Source: Parachlamydiales bacterium | Lineage (GTDB): Bacteria > Chlamydiota > Chlamydiia > Chlamydiales > JAEMRK01 | DNA: 49,516 bases | Direction of reading: 5' to 3' | Assembly (NCBI GenBank): GCA_016463375.1 | Contig: JAEMRK010000004.1 | Location: 12,797 to 62,312 of the forward strand | Part shown: positions 19,118 to 27,882 of the stretch, piece after piece | How the letters are laid out: the number at the start of each line of letters is the position of its first letter | Numbering within the stretch: the first letter of the stretch is position 1 | Made by a program: the position numbers and the translations under genes | Notes under the pieces: model-generated | The model's input: the letters and a program-made list of their open reading frames with translations, nothing else | Told to the model about the DNA's origin: nothing | Databases searched by the model: none

Positions 19118-21250
19118 ATGTTTCGCTTCGGCATTTTTATATTTCTTTTTTTGATTCAGGCTTTTCAGCTGCACGCTGAAGAGCCTGCGCCCGACCTTGT
19201 CAGAGATTTGTGTATCATTGAATACTGGAATAAAAAATTAAATGATCGTTTACCGGTTTACTATAATACGTCTGGCTATGTTGGATACTACAATATGCCA
19301 TCTGCTCGTATGGCTAAAGATGGTACATTTGCATTTGGGTTTAACTGGGTACCTCCCTACATAAACTGGACAATTGATTTTCAATTGCTAGATCGATTTG
19401 AGGTTTCAGGGGCTTACCGTATTTTCAGAGGAGTGCAAGACGCTAATTTATCACCCCTTGGGTTTGGAGATTATGCTGACAAAGGCATCAATGCTAAAGT
19501 TTGTTTATTAAAACCAGAAGACACCGGTTATACACTTCCAGGGATTTCAATTGGTGCAGACGATTTCTTAGGTAGTCAGATGTTTGCTTCAAGATATGTG
19601 GTCTTTACAAAAGTTTACCCCGATGCAAACCTAGAGTGGTCTTTAGGATGGTGTTGGGGGCGTATGCGACATTTATTTGGAGCCTTTGCATGGACTCCTT
19701 GGAGACAATGTTCAAATTCATGGATTAATGGACTAACTCTTTGTGCAGAGTATGATAACACAGACTACGAGGATCCTAATATAGAGCCTCACCCCAAAGG
19801 TCGAATAGTCCATAGTCGCATTAATGCAGGTTTAAAATATCATTTTTTACGTTATCTTGATCTATCTGTAAGTAGTTTAAGAGGTGTTACCACAGCTTCT
19901 AGCTTAGCTTTTACATATCCTATTGGATCATCTAAAGGTTTAATCGCAAAAGTTGATGATCCTCTATATCACAAAAGGCCCGTCAATCGCGAACCTATTT
20001 CACAAAATCGCCCTGAACTTGATCTTTGCAACGACATAGCTTATGCGCTAAAAGAACAGGGATTCACCTTGTTAGAAGCCTCAATTGAATTTGATGAAGA
20101 AAGTCAACGCATCATTAGATTAAAAGTTTCAAATGATCAATGGCGCTATGAGCGCATACTGCATAAAAGATTATCATGGGTGTTAGCAACACTTATTCCT
20201 ACAAATGTTGATAAAATTGTTGTCGATTTAATTTGCCAAGGGCTTCCTTGCCAAGAATACAAATTTAGAAGAGAAGATTTGATTGCTTTTTCTAAGGGAT
20301 GCATTGGCTCAATGGAGCTTGATGTATTATCAGCAATGAGCGAAGTGACCTGTAACCCATGCTCTCAAGAATTGTTTTCCTCGAAACAAAAACTCATTAA
20401 CTGGGGAATTAATCCCCGTATTAGAACTTTTTTTGGTAGTGCCAAAGGTAAATTTAAATATTCTGTAGGAACTTCTTTAGATGCTCATGGATTTGTTTTT
20501 GGCGATATTTTTTATAAGTTCCAGGTTGGTTATACAGTTTTTTCAAGTATGAGTGATGTTAGTGATATGGATAAGCTCAATCCATCTCAAATACTTAACG
20601 TACATAGCGACTGGATTAACTATCATAGACCCTACCATTTTACTTTTGAGCATGCCTACATGCAAAAAGCCTGGAACTTGACAAAAGGCTTTTTTGGACG
20701 TTTAGGAGGCGGTTTTTTTGAATCAGCCTATGCAGGCAGTGTTGCAGAAGTACTTTATTATCCAGTTAACTCTCCATGGGCTTTTGGAGCAGAATACGCT
20801 CTACTTAAAAAGCGAAGTTACAGTGGTTTTGGATTTCAAAATACAATAAGAATATTGGATGGTTATACACCAACATATGTGCCTTATAACTATTTATCAC
20901 AGTATTTTTTTGATATCTATTATGATTTTTCTCTATGCAATGTTGAGCTCAAATTAAGTATAGGTCAATTTCTTGCTCGCGACAAAGGGGCTCGCATTGA
21001 AATGACCCGCTATTTTAAAAATGGCCTAAGAATACTTGTTTGGTACACACTTACTAATGGCCACGACTACGTTAATGGCTCCGTATATTATGACAAGGGA
21101 ATAGGATTTTCTGTTCCGCTAGATTTTTTCATGAAAAAATCTAGCACTAAACGTTTAGGATATAGCATGTCTGCATGGTTAAGAGATGTTGGTTTTAGAT
21201 CGGGAACAGGTAATCGTTTATTTCAAATTGTTAATGAAGAACGACGCTAA
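19118..21250 (+). CDS. YjbH/GfcD-family outer-membrane beta-barrel protein (exopolysaccharide-associated)
   Basis: Signal peptide, GY.NMPSARM, DKGINAK..L, GQFLARDKG.R....R.F.NG, DKGIGFSVPLD. Confidence 0.82.
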   Translation: MFRFGIFIFLFLIQAFQLHAEEPAPDLVRDLCIIEYWNKKLNDRLPVYYNTSGYVGYYNMPSARMAKDGTFAFGFNWVPPYINWTIDFQLLDRFEVSGAYRIFRGVQDANLSPLGFGDYADKGINAKVCLLKPEDTGYTLPGISIGADDFLGSQMFASRYVVFTKVYPDANLEWSLGWCWGRMRHLFGAFAWTPWRQCSNSWINGLTLCAEYDNTDYEDPNIEPHPKGRIVHSRINAGLKYHFLRYLDLSVSSLRGVTTASSLAFTYPIGSSKGLIAKVDDPLYHKRPVNREPISQNRPELDLCNDIAYALKEQGFTLLEASIEFDEESQRIIRLKVSNDQWRYERILHKRLSWVLATLIPTNVDKIVVDLICQGLPCQEYKFRREDLIAFSKGCIGSMELDVLSAMSEVTCNPCSQELFSSKQKLINWGINPRIRTFFGSAKGKFKYSVGTSLDAHGFVFGDIFYKFQVGYTVFSSMSDVSDMDKLNPSQILNVHSDWINYHRPYHFTFEHAYMQKAWNLTKGFFGRLGGGFFESAYAGSVAEVLYYPVNSPWAFGAEYALLKKRSYSGFGFQNTIRILDGYTPTYVPYNYLSQYFFDIYYDFSLCNVELKLSIGQFLARDKGARIEMTRYFKNGLRILVWYTLTNGHDYVNGSVYYDKGIGFSVPLDFFMKKSSTKRLGYSMSAWLRDVGFRSGTGNRLFQIVNEERR

Positions 21251-22161
21251 ATGCGTGGACCAGCTCGTCCTAACGATTGACCTAACAGACACCGAACTTC
21301 AATATGGTGTTTAGAAGACTCTATTAAATCTTCATCGAAGTGGATTGCATCCGGTTCAAAAAGCATTATGATTGCTGATGCGCCAAAAGAGAAATATCCT
21401 TTTTCTTCACCCTTTTCATAAAAAGTACCCGGTGTAAAAGTTTGGTGGATACTTCCAACGCATGTGGCACCAATTTCAATCATTAAAACTTTGCCGAATA
21501 ACTCTGAAGATATTTCAGTAATTACCCGCTTATTTTGAGTAAATCTTTTAACACTTTTTTTTAGTGACACCGGATTTACTGAGTAAAGCCAACCATTGAT
21601 TAAATGACTTTTCGAAGGTATTCCATCACATGGAAAATGAAAACGGTGATAGTCAGTTGGGCACAAGCGAACCATCACCATACTTCCATGATCGTACTTT
21701 TTGGCTAAAGCAGTATTTTTTAATAAATGTCTTAAATCGAATTTTTTACCTTTTACAACAAAGCCATCAGCCATTGTTATATTTGGATAAAACAAATAGC
21801 GCCCATCTGTCGGCATTACTGCTACATTTTTACCAACTGCAATTGGTCTTGAAGAGGCTTTTAATTTGCGATAAAAAAATTCGTTGAATGATTTGAAATG
21901 ACTAACAGGTTCAAAAAATTCATAAGAATCGACTTTAAATTTATCAATAAATGGCTGAATCTTTTTTCGACTTGAAGGCAGACTTTGGCAAATACCGAAC
22001 CACCAAGCAAAGAAAGACCATTTTACCAGTAAATGCAATGCTGCTTTTCCAAAAATTTTACTAATAAGAGAATCCCCATAGACAAATTCTATGGCTTTGC
22101 CAAAGTAAACATCTTCTACTTTTTGTTTGCCAGTGGCTCTATCCAGATATTCTATGGGCAT
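21247..22161 (-). CDS. psd: Phosphatidylserine decarboxylase proenzyme
   Basis: FKSFNEFFYRKLK, RLCPTDYHRFHFP, EIGATCVGSI, KGYFSFGAS. Stop overlaps the convergent YjbH stop by 4 nt. Confidence 0.94.
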   Translation of the reverse strand: MPIEYLDRATGKQKVEDVYFGKAIEFVYGDSLISKIFGKAALHLLVKWSFFAWWFGICQSLPSSRKKIQPFIDKFKVDSYEFFEPVSHFKSFNEFFYRKLKASSRPIAVGKNVAVMPTDGRYLFYPNITMADGFVVKGKKFDLRHLLKNTALAKKYDHGSMVMVRLCPTDYHRFHFPCDGIPSKSHLINGWLYSVNPVSLKKSVKRFTQNKRVITEISSELFGKVLMIEIGATCVGSIHQTFTPGTFYEKGEEKGYFSFGASAIIMLFEPDAIHFDEDLIESSKHHIEVRCLLGQSLGRAGPRI

Positions 22162-22167
22162 ATTATT

Positions 22168-22581
22168 TTATTGAGCACGATTTAAAGATTGACGATTGAC
22201 CATTTGGGCAATAACCTTAATTTCAGATAGAAATTCAGGATTAAACAAATGAGTTAAATAATTTTCATTAACAAGTTCTTGAATTTCGTAAGCATTTCGA
22301 ATGATAAGAGAGGCGACTTTTTTATCGTCATTTCCATCCCTGAATACCTTTCGAGCCTCTTTAAACTCATTAATCAAACTAGCTAATTTTTCTTGAACGA
22401 CTAAATTTTGCTTAGTCATTTCAATTAATTGGTTGATAGACTCGAGTGCATCAACCTCTACGACAAGGTCTTCAACAACTACAAAATCTTTTTTTAAATT
22501 GGAGTCTGCTTTAGCAGCGAAAGTCGGTGTAGATAGAGCTGTGAGGGCTGTTATCAAAACTAGTAAGAATAGTGAATGCAT
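22168..22581 (-). CDS. Exported hypothetical protein
   Basis: Signal peptide ending in TFA-A; helical body; 6 nt upstream of psd. Confidence 0.75.
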   Translation of the reverse strand: MHSLFLLVLITALTALSTPTFAAKADSNLKKDFVVVEDLVVEVDALESINQLIEMTKQNLVVQEKLASLINEFKEARKVFRDGNDDKKVASLIIRNAYEIQELVNENYLTHLFNPEFLSEIKVIAQMVNRQSLNRAQ

Positions 22582-22610
22582 AGTTAAAACCTTTTTAAAC
22601 TCGATTTATA

Positions 22611-22678
22611 ATTTTAAGGCAGTCCTTTGCAAAAGACAAGTGAATTCACTTGCCCCAATCACCTTGCAAAGTTAAAAT
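22611..22678. promoter_or_regulatory. Back-to-back sigma70/sigma66-type promoters centred on a 16-bp palindrome
   Basis: Plus: TTGCCC(22650-55)-N17-TAAAAT(22673-78). Minus: TTGTCT(22639-34)-N17-TAAAAT(22616-11). Palindrome CAAGTGAATTCACTTG at 22637-22652. Confidence 0.7.
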
Positions 22679-22711
22679 TGAATACTTTGTCGAAATACGA
22701 GGGCAAAACTA

Positions 22712-24130
22712 ATGCAAATGTGGAAACAGTACCGAAAGTACATCGTCCTGATCATCAGTTTCATGATCGGTCTGGCAATGTGGCTATCTCCTGCCCCAGA
22801 AGGGATGCAGGAAAAGGGATGGCACTTGTTGGCGATATTCATCTCAACGATCGTTGCGATTATTATGCAAGCTATGCCTATGGGTGCAATTGCAATCGTT
22901 GCAATTGCTGTGGCATTAATAACTAAAACTTTAACGCTTCAAGAAGCATTAAGTGGATTTAGCAATCATATTATATGGCTAGTCGTTTTAGCCTTTTTTA
23001 TTTCACGTGGTATCATATCAACAGGATTGGGAACCAGAGCTGCCTATATTTTTATGCGTATGCTTGGAAAAAGCACCCTTGGACTCAGTTATGGAATGAT
23101 AGCAACAGACTTACTTTTAGCTCCAGCAATCCCAAGTGTAACAGCAAGAGCTGGGGGTATTGTTTATCCAATTTTAAGTGGCCTTTCTAAAGCGTTTGGC
23201 AGTGAAGCAGGGCTTGGTACCTCTAGACGCATCGCATCTTTTTTGACTCAAGTTGCTTTTCAAGGCAGTTGTGTTACAAGTGCCATGTTTTTGACGTCCA
23301 TGGCTGGTAATCCAGTCATTAAATCTATTGCTGCAGAAGCCGGCGTTGTCATAACCTGGGGATCATGGGCAGTTGCAAGTATTGTGCCAGGACTTTTAAG
23401 TTTGATACTTATTCCATTGATCATCTACAAAATCTACCCTCCAGAAATTAAAGAAACGCCGCAGGCTAAAGCATTAGCTCATCAAAAACTTAAAGAAATG
23501 GGGCCAATGAAACGCGACGAGTGGATTATGCTTAGCGTTTTTATTTTGTTGGTCGGTTTATGGGCTGGAGAAAGTTTTTTTAAAATTGCCCCCACTACAG
23601 CTGCTATGTTCGGTCTTGCCATTCTTTTAATTACTGGCGTTCTGAACTGGAAAGACATTTTGAAAGAAGAAGGCGCATGGGATACCATGGTCTGGTTAGG
23701 CACATTATTGATGTTAGCAACCTATCTTTTTAATTTTGGCGTTACTGGTGTTATGAGCCAAAAAATTATGGGGCATGTTGTCGGCTTAAATTGGGTCACA
23801 GCGTTCGGCGTTTTAAGTTTAGTTTATTACTTCTCCCATTACTTTTTTGCTAGTAACATGGCTCATATTAGTGCTTTGTATTCACCATTTCTTGTTCTAA
23901 TGATTGCTATGGGAACACCTCCAGTGCTTGCAGCACTGACTTTGGCATTCTTTAGTAATCTATTTGGATCGCTCACACATTATGGTTGTGGACCAGCTCC
24001 TATCTTTTTTGGTACAGGTAATGTAACTATAGGCGATTGGTGGAAACTTGGGTTTATCATCAGTGTTGTCAACATCATCATTTGGTTAGTTGTTGGTTCA
24101 ATGTGGTGGAAGTTAGTAGGTTTCTGGTAG
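22712..24130 (+). CDS. DASS-family dicarboxylate transporter (2-oxoglutarate/malate translocator, YbhI/CitT-like)
   Basis: WHLLAIF, TGLG.R, PAIPSVTARAGGIVYP, SAMFLTSMAGNP, HYFFAS, LTHYG.GPAPI. Confidence 0.93.
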   Translation: MQMWKQYRKYIVLIISFMIGLAMWLSPAPEGMQEKGWHLLAIFISTIVAIIMQAMPMGAIAIVAIAVALITKTLTLQEALSGFSNHIIWLVVLAFFISRGIISTGLGTRAAYIFMRMLGKSTLGLSYGMIATDLLLAPAIPSVTARAGGIVYPILSGLSKAFGSEAGLGTSRRIASFLTQVAFQGSCVTSAMFLTSMAGNPVIKSIAAEAGVVITWGSWAVASIVPGLLSLILIPLIIYKIYPPEIKETPQAKALAHQKLKEMGPMKRDEWIMLSVFILLVGLWAGESFFKIAPTTAAMFGLAILLITGVLNWKDILKEEGAWDTMVWLGTLLMLATYLFNFGVTGVMSQKIMGHVVGLNWVTAFGVLSLVYYFSHYFFASNMAHISALYSPFLVLMIAMGTPPVLAALTLAFFSNLFGSLTHYGCGPAPIFFGTGNVTIGDWWKLGFIISVVNIIIWLVVGSMWWKLVGFW

Positions 24131-25498
24131 ATGTCAGCAGCTTACGGATTACATGATACGATTGCAGCAATAGCTACACCTCCCGGCGAGGGAGGTGTAG
24201 CTATCATACGTTTATCAGGCAAGGATGCTGTAACAATTGCAGATCGCATTTTTAGCGGTAACGTCTTTTCATATAAATCACATACAGTTCACTACGGTAA
24301 AGTTAAAAATTCAGATGGATCGGTAATTGATGACGCTTTAGTCATACCAATGCTTGCTCCCAATTCATATACTGGTGAGAACGTTGTAGAAATTCATTGC
24401 CATGGGGGCAGTTTAGTTTCTAAACGCGTTTTAGAAGCAACATTATCGGTTGGTGCTATAGCTGCAAGACCTGGTGAATTTACATTTAGAGCATTCATTA
24501 ATGAACGCATCGACTTAGCACAGGCTGAAGCTGTTCAAAATTTGATAGCTGCAAAAAGTGATTTAGCTCTCAATGCTGCTGAGAATCAGCTTCAAGGAAA
24601 ACTCTCTGTTTTAATTCACTCATATCAAGAAAGACTTACAGAAATTGCTGCAATTTTTGAAGCATGGGTTGATTTTCCTGAAGAAGGTCTTGAGTTTGCG
24701 ACTCAAGATGAAATTACAGAAGATATCCAATCAATCATCAATGATATGCAATCTTTACTAGAAACATTTGATGATGGGCGCTTATTACACGAAGGTTTGG
24801 TTTTGTGTTTAGCGGGTTCTCCCAACGTTGGTAAATCGTCTTTGATGAATGCTTTAATCGACAAAGAAAGAGCGATTGTAACTGACATACCCGGCACAAC
24901 TCGAGATATCATTGAAGAGGACTTAAGAATACACGGTCTCAATGTCCGCCTAACAGATACTGCAGGTATTCGCACGACTAATGAAGTTGTCGAACAAGAA
25001 GGCATTAGGCGATCTAAACAAGCAATGCTTGATGCAGATCTTGTTTTGTTAGTACTAGATAGCTCAAAGCCTCTTAGTAAAGAAGACAATGATTTAGTAC
25101 GAGTATCAGATAAAGAAAAAACATTGATTGTTTGGAATAAAATTGATCTTCCACAAGTTGAATCCCCCATTTTGAATTTTGATCATATTGTAAAATTATC
25201 TGCGAAACAAAAGCTTGGTTTAGACCAATTGCATCAAGCAATTGATCTAATGATCTGGAAAAAAGGACCTCCATCTAAAGAAGAAATCGTTTTAACATCC
25301 ACAAGACATAAAGAGGCTCTATCACAGGCTATATCTTCATGCTTAAAAGTTATTAATGATCTAATGAACGGTCAGTCTCCAGAGTTTTTGATTTTTGATA
25401 TTAGGGATTCGTTAGGTCACCTAAGTAAAATTATTGGTCGAGACATAACTGAAGACATCTTATCCTCAATTTTTTCTAAATTCTGCATTGGTAAATGA
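24131..25498 (+). CDS. mnmE: tRNA uridine-34 modification GTPase MnmE/TrmE
   Basis: DTIAAIATP, GSPNVGKSS, PGTTRD, DTAG, NKID, C-terminal FCIGK. Confidence 0.97.
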   Translation: MSAAYGLHDTIAAIATPPGEGGVAIIRLSGKDAVTIADRIFSGNVFSYKSHTVHYGKVKNSDGSVIDDALVIPMLAPNSYTGENVVEIHCHGGSLVSKRVLEATLSVGAIAARPGEFTFRAFINERIDLAQAEAVQNLIAAKSDLALNAAENQLQGKLSVLIHSYQERLTEIAAIFEAWVDFPEEGLEFATQDEITEDIQSIINDMQSLLETFDDGRLLHEGLVLCLAGSPNVGKSSLMNALIDKERAIVTDIPGTTRDIIEEDLRIHGLNVRLTDTAGIRTTNEVVEQEGIRRSKQAMLDADLVLLVLDSSKPLSKEDNDLVRVSDKEKTLIVWNKIDLPQVESPILNFDHIVKLSAKQKLGLDQLHQAIDLMIWKKGPPSKEEIVLTSTRHKEALSQAISSCLKVINDLMNGQSPEFLIFDIRDSLGHLSKIIGRDITEDILSSIFSKFCIGK

Positions 25499-25529
25499 AT
25501 ATTTGATAGTATACGTTTATTAAAGTGGA

Positions 25530-26142
25530 ATGAGGAATATTATGTGGTCTTCACCTGTAGGTCCCCGACCTGTATATGATCCTTTAGGTCAAAAAGAGCT
25601 TCATAAAATCGATAAGCTTGCTTATCAGAGAGTTAAGAATTTGTTACCTCAAAAACCCGAAAATAGCCGGGTTTTTTCTATTAAATTATACAAGCCTAAA
25701 AATAAAGGTGTATCTTTATATCTATTTAATCCTAAGATAGATGCAGACAAAAAACTCGGTAATTTTAAAATAATCTTTTACCGATTTTCTAAATTAGTGT
25801 TATAATAAAGGTAACTAGGAAAGACAATCTAGTTGTAATAATAAAAGACACTTTTACAAAATTAAAACTAAATCAAACTGTAGGAATAAAACCGATTATT
25901 AAATATGCGATAACTTTCTTTTGTAGAAACTAGCTAGCTTAAGGAAGGATATTCGAGAAAGAGCTGACCGAGAATGTTGCATTAGCAATCACTCAGTCCA
26001 TTGACAAGCTCACTCAATTCAAAATGTTTAGTAATTTAACGTTCAGTTAACAGTTTTTTAAGTCTTAATTTTTAAAAGTAATTATGGGCTAATTGAAGTA
26101 ACCGTTAGATGTACAGCAAGAGATGCTATAACCACCAACTAA
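25530..26142 (+). pseudogene. Probable decayed gene (91-aa ORF followed by short open fragments in shifting frames)
   Basis: ORF 25530-25805, then fragments IIKVTRKDNL...FFCRN*, GRIFEKELTENVALAITQSIDKL...* and VLIFKSNYGLIEV...*. About 350 bp is otherwise unassigned in a compact genome. Confidence 0.35.
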
Positions 26143-26151
26143 AAAAGGTGA

Positions 26152-26793
26152 TTACATCAATACTTTCGGATCTACTTCAATTAGCCATTTGCATATTGGG
26201 CACATATCTTCTTTGTGACCTCTAGCTTGACAAAACTCCCTCGCACAATAAATAATTTGTAAATGCAAATCGATCCATTTCTTCTTGGGATAAAGCTTTT
26301 TAAGATCCTCTTCGACACCTTTAACAGTTTTTGATCTTGATAGTCCCCATCTACGTGCACAACGATAGATATGTGTATCGACGGGAAATGCTGGTATTTT
26401 AAATGCTTGGGCCATCACAACAGATGCTGTTTTATGACCAACCCCTGGAAATTTTTCCAACTCCTCAAATGTATTAGGAACAGTGCCATCAAAATCTTCA
26501 AGCAACATTTCAGATAAAAGATGAATGGCTTTAGCTTTTGTTTTGGATAACCCACATGGCTTAATAATTTCTTGAATTTGATCAATTGACAATTTCACCA
26601 TTTTCTTAGGTGTATTGGCTTTTTTAAAGAGAAAAGGTGTGACTTCATTGACCCTCTTATCTGTGCATTGCGCAGATAAAAGGACAGCTATGAGAAGAGT
26701 ATATGGACTTTCATGTTCAAGTGGAATAGTGGGTTTGGGGTAAAGTTTCTGTAAAATTTTTGCAATTTTTAAAGCGCGCTCTTGACGTTTCAT
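26152..26793 (-). CDS. nth: Endonuclease III
   Basis: LLIAVLLSAQCTDKRVN, HhH FPGVGHKTA with catalytic Lys, PVDTH. Confidence 0.95.
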   Translation of the reverse strand: MKRQERALKIAKILQKLYPKPTIPLEHESPYTLLIAVLLSAQCTDKRVNEVTPFLFKKANTPKKMVKLSIDQIQEIIKPCGLSKTKAKAIHLLSEMLLEDFDGTVPNTFEELEKFPGVGHKTASVVMAQAFKIPAFPVDTHIYRCARRWGLSRSKTVKGVEEDLKKLYPKKKWIDLHLQIIYCAREFCQARGHKEDMCPICKWLIEVDPKVLM

Positions 26794-27383
26794 TTTTCTT
26801 TAAGGGCTTTAGCAATTAAATGAGACAATTCAACTGGTTCTTTAAGTTCAGTGATTGCTTTTTTAACAGCTTGCTGTGCCTGGGCTTGTTGAAATCCAAG
26901 ATTAATTAAAGCACTAACAGCGTCACGCCAAAGTTGTGTTGCACCAACTGGTTGATCAACTCTTTCTTCCCACAAAGCTATGCCCGCAAGCTTATCTTTA
27001 ATCTCTAAAATTAAACGCTCTGCCGTTTTTTTTCCGATTCCTGGTAATTTGCATAAATATTGACTATCAGCTTGATGAACTGCTGAAAAAAAATCCTCGA
27101 GTAGCATGTGACCCAAAAGACCAACAGCTATCTTAGGACCAATACCAGATACATCAATTAAAACTTCAAATACATCACGTTCCGTTTTGGTCACAAAACC
27201 ATACAATGTATGAGCTGTTTCACGAATAACCATTGAAGTATAAAGAATAACGTCTTTACCCCTCACTGGTAACTTAGGGCTTGCATTAGCTGGTATACTA
27301 ATTTTATAACCAACACCATGAACATCAAGTATTGCCAGTTGGGAATTAGCTTCTACAAGAGTTCCTTTAATAAATTCAAACAT
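26790..27383 (-). CDS. ruvA: Holliday junction branch migration protein RuvA
   Basis: GVGY, LYGF, VSGIGPK, PGIGKKTAERLILEIKDK, AL..LGF. Confidence 0.96.
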   Translation of the reverse strand: MFEFIKGTLVEANSQLAILDVHGVGYKISIPANASPKLPVRGKDVILYTSMVIRETAHTLYGFVTKTERDVFEVLIDVSGIGPKIAVGLLGHMLLEDFFSAVHQADSQYLCKLPGIGKKTAERLILEIKDKLAGIALWEERVDQPVGATQLWRDAVSALINLGFQQAQAQQAVKKAITELKEPVELSHLIAKALKEK

Positions 27384-27882
27384 ACGTCAACTTTTTTAAT
27401 TTGCATGTATTCCAGTGACAAATAGCTAAAGCCAATGCATCAGCTGCATCTTCTGGTGTAGGTAGTTCTTTAAGACCCAGCAATGCTTTTACCATGCTTT
27501 GAACTTGCTGCTTACTCGCTCTTCCTGTTCCAACAACTGCGGATTTTGCCTCAGTTGGTGCATAAGATACAACTTCGACACCATTTTTAGCAGCAGCTAT
27601 AACAATGGCACCACGTGCCATTCCAAGTTTAATAGCACTTTGAACATTCTTATGGACATACTGAGTTTCAACAACTAAAACATCGGGTTTATGCTTTTCA
27701 ATAAGAGCTTCAATTCCTTGAAAAATAGCTAAATATCTAAGTTCGAGTGCTACAGTTGATGGTGGCATAATACACCCAAAGTCCACAGCTTGACAACTGT
27801 GACTTTGGGTTGTGATGATACCGTAGCCAGTGATTCTAGTACCGGGATCAACCCCTAATATTATTTGATTAGTGTGTTTCAC
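27376..27882 (-). CDS. ruvC: Holliday junction resolvase RuvC
   Basis: ILGVDPG...TGYG, VVE, G.GRASKQQV, DAADALALAICH; GTG start. Confidence 0.96.
   Translation of the reverse strand: MKHTNQIILGVDPGTRITGYGIITTQSHSCQAVDFGCIMPPSTVALELRYLAIFQGIEALIEKHKPDVLVVETQYVHKNVQSAIKLGMARGAIVIAAAKNGVEVVSYAPTEAKSAVVGTGRASKQQVQSMVKALLGLKELPTPEDAADALALAICHWNTCKLKKLTYV

Noticed and set aside
22712-24130. Plastid-like dicarboxylate translocator and eukaryote-type UDP-sugar pyrophosphorylase (41474..42838) as novelties
   Set aside because: Both are established features of chlamydial genomes.
26790-27882. Absence of ruvB beside ruvC-ruvA
   Set aside because: ruvB is recalled as unlinked in chlamydiae; absence from the window is not evidence of loss.
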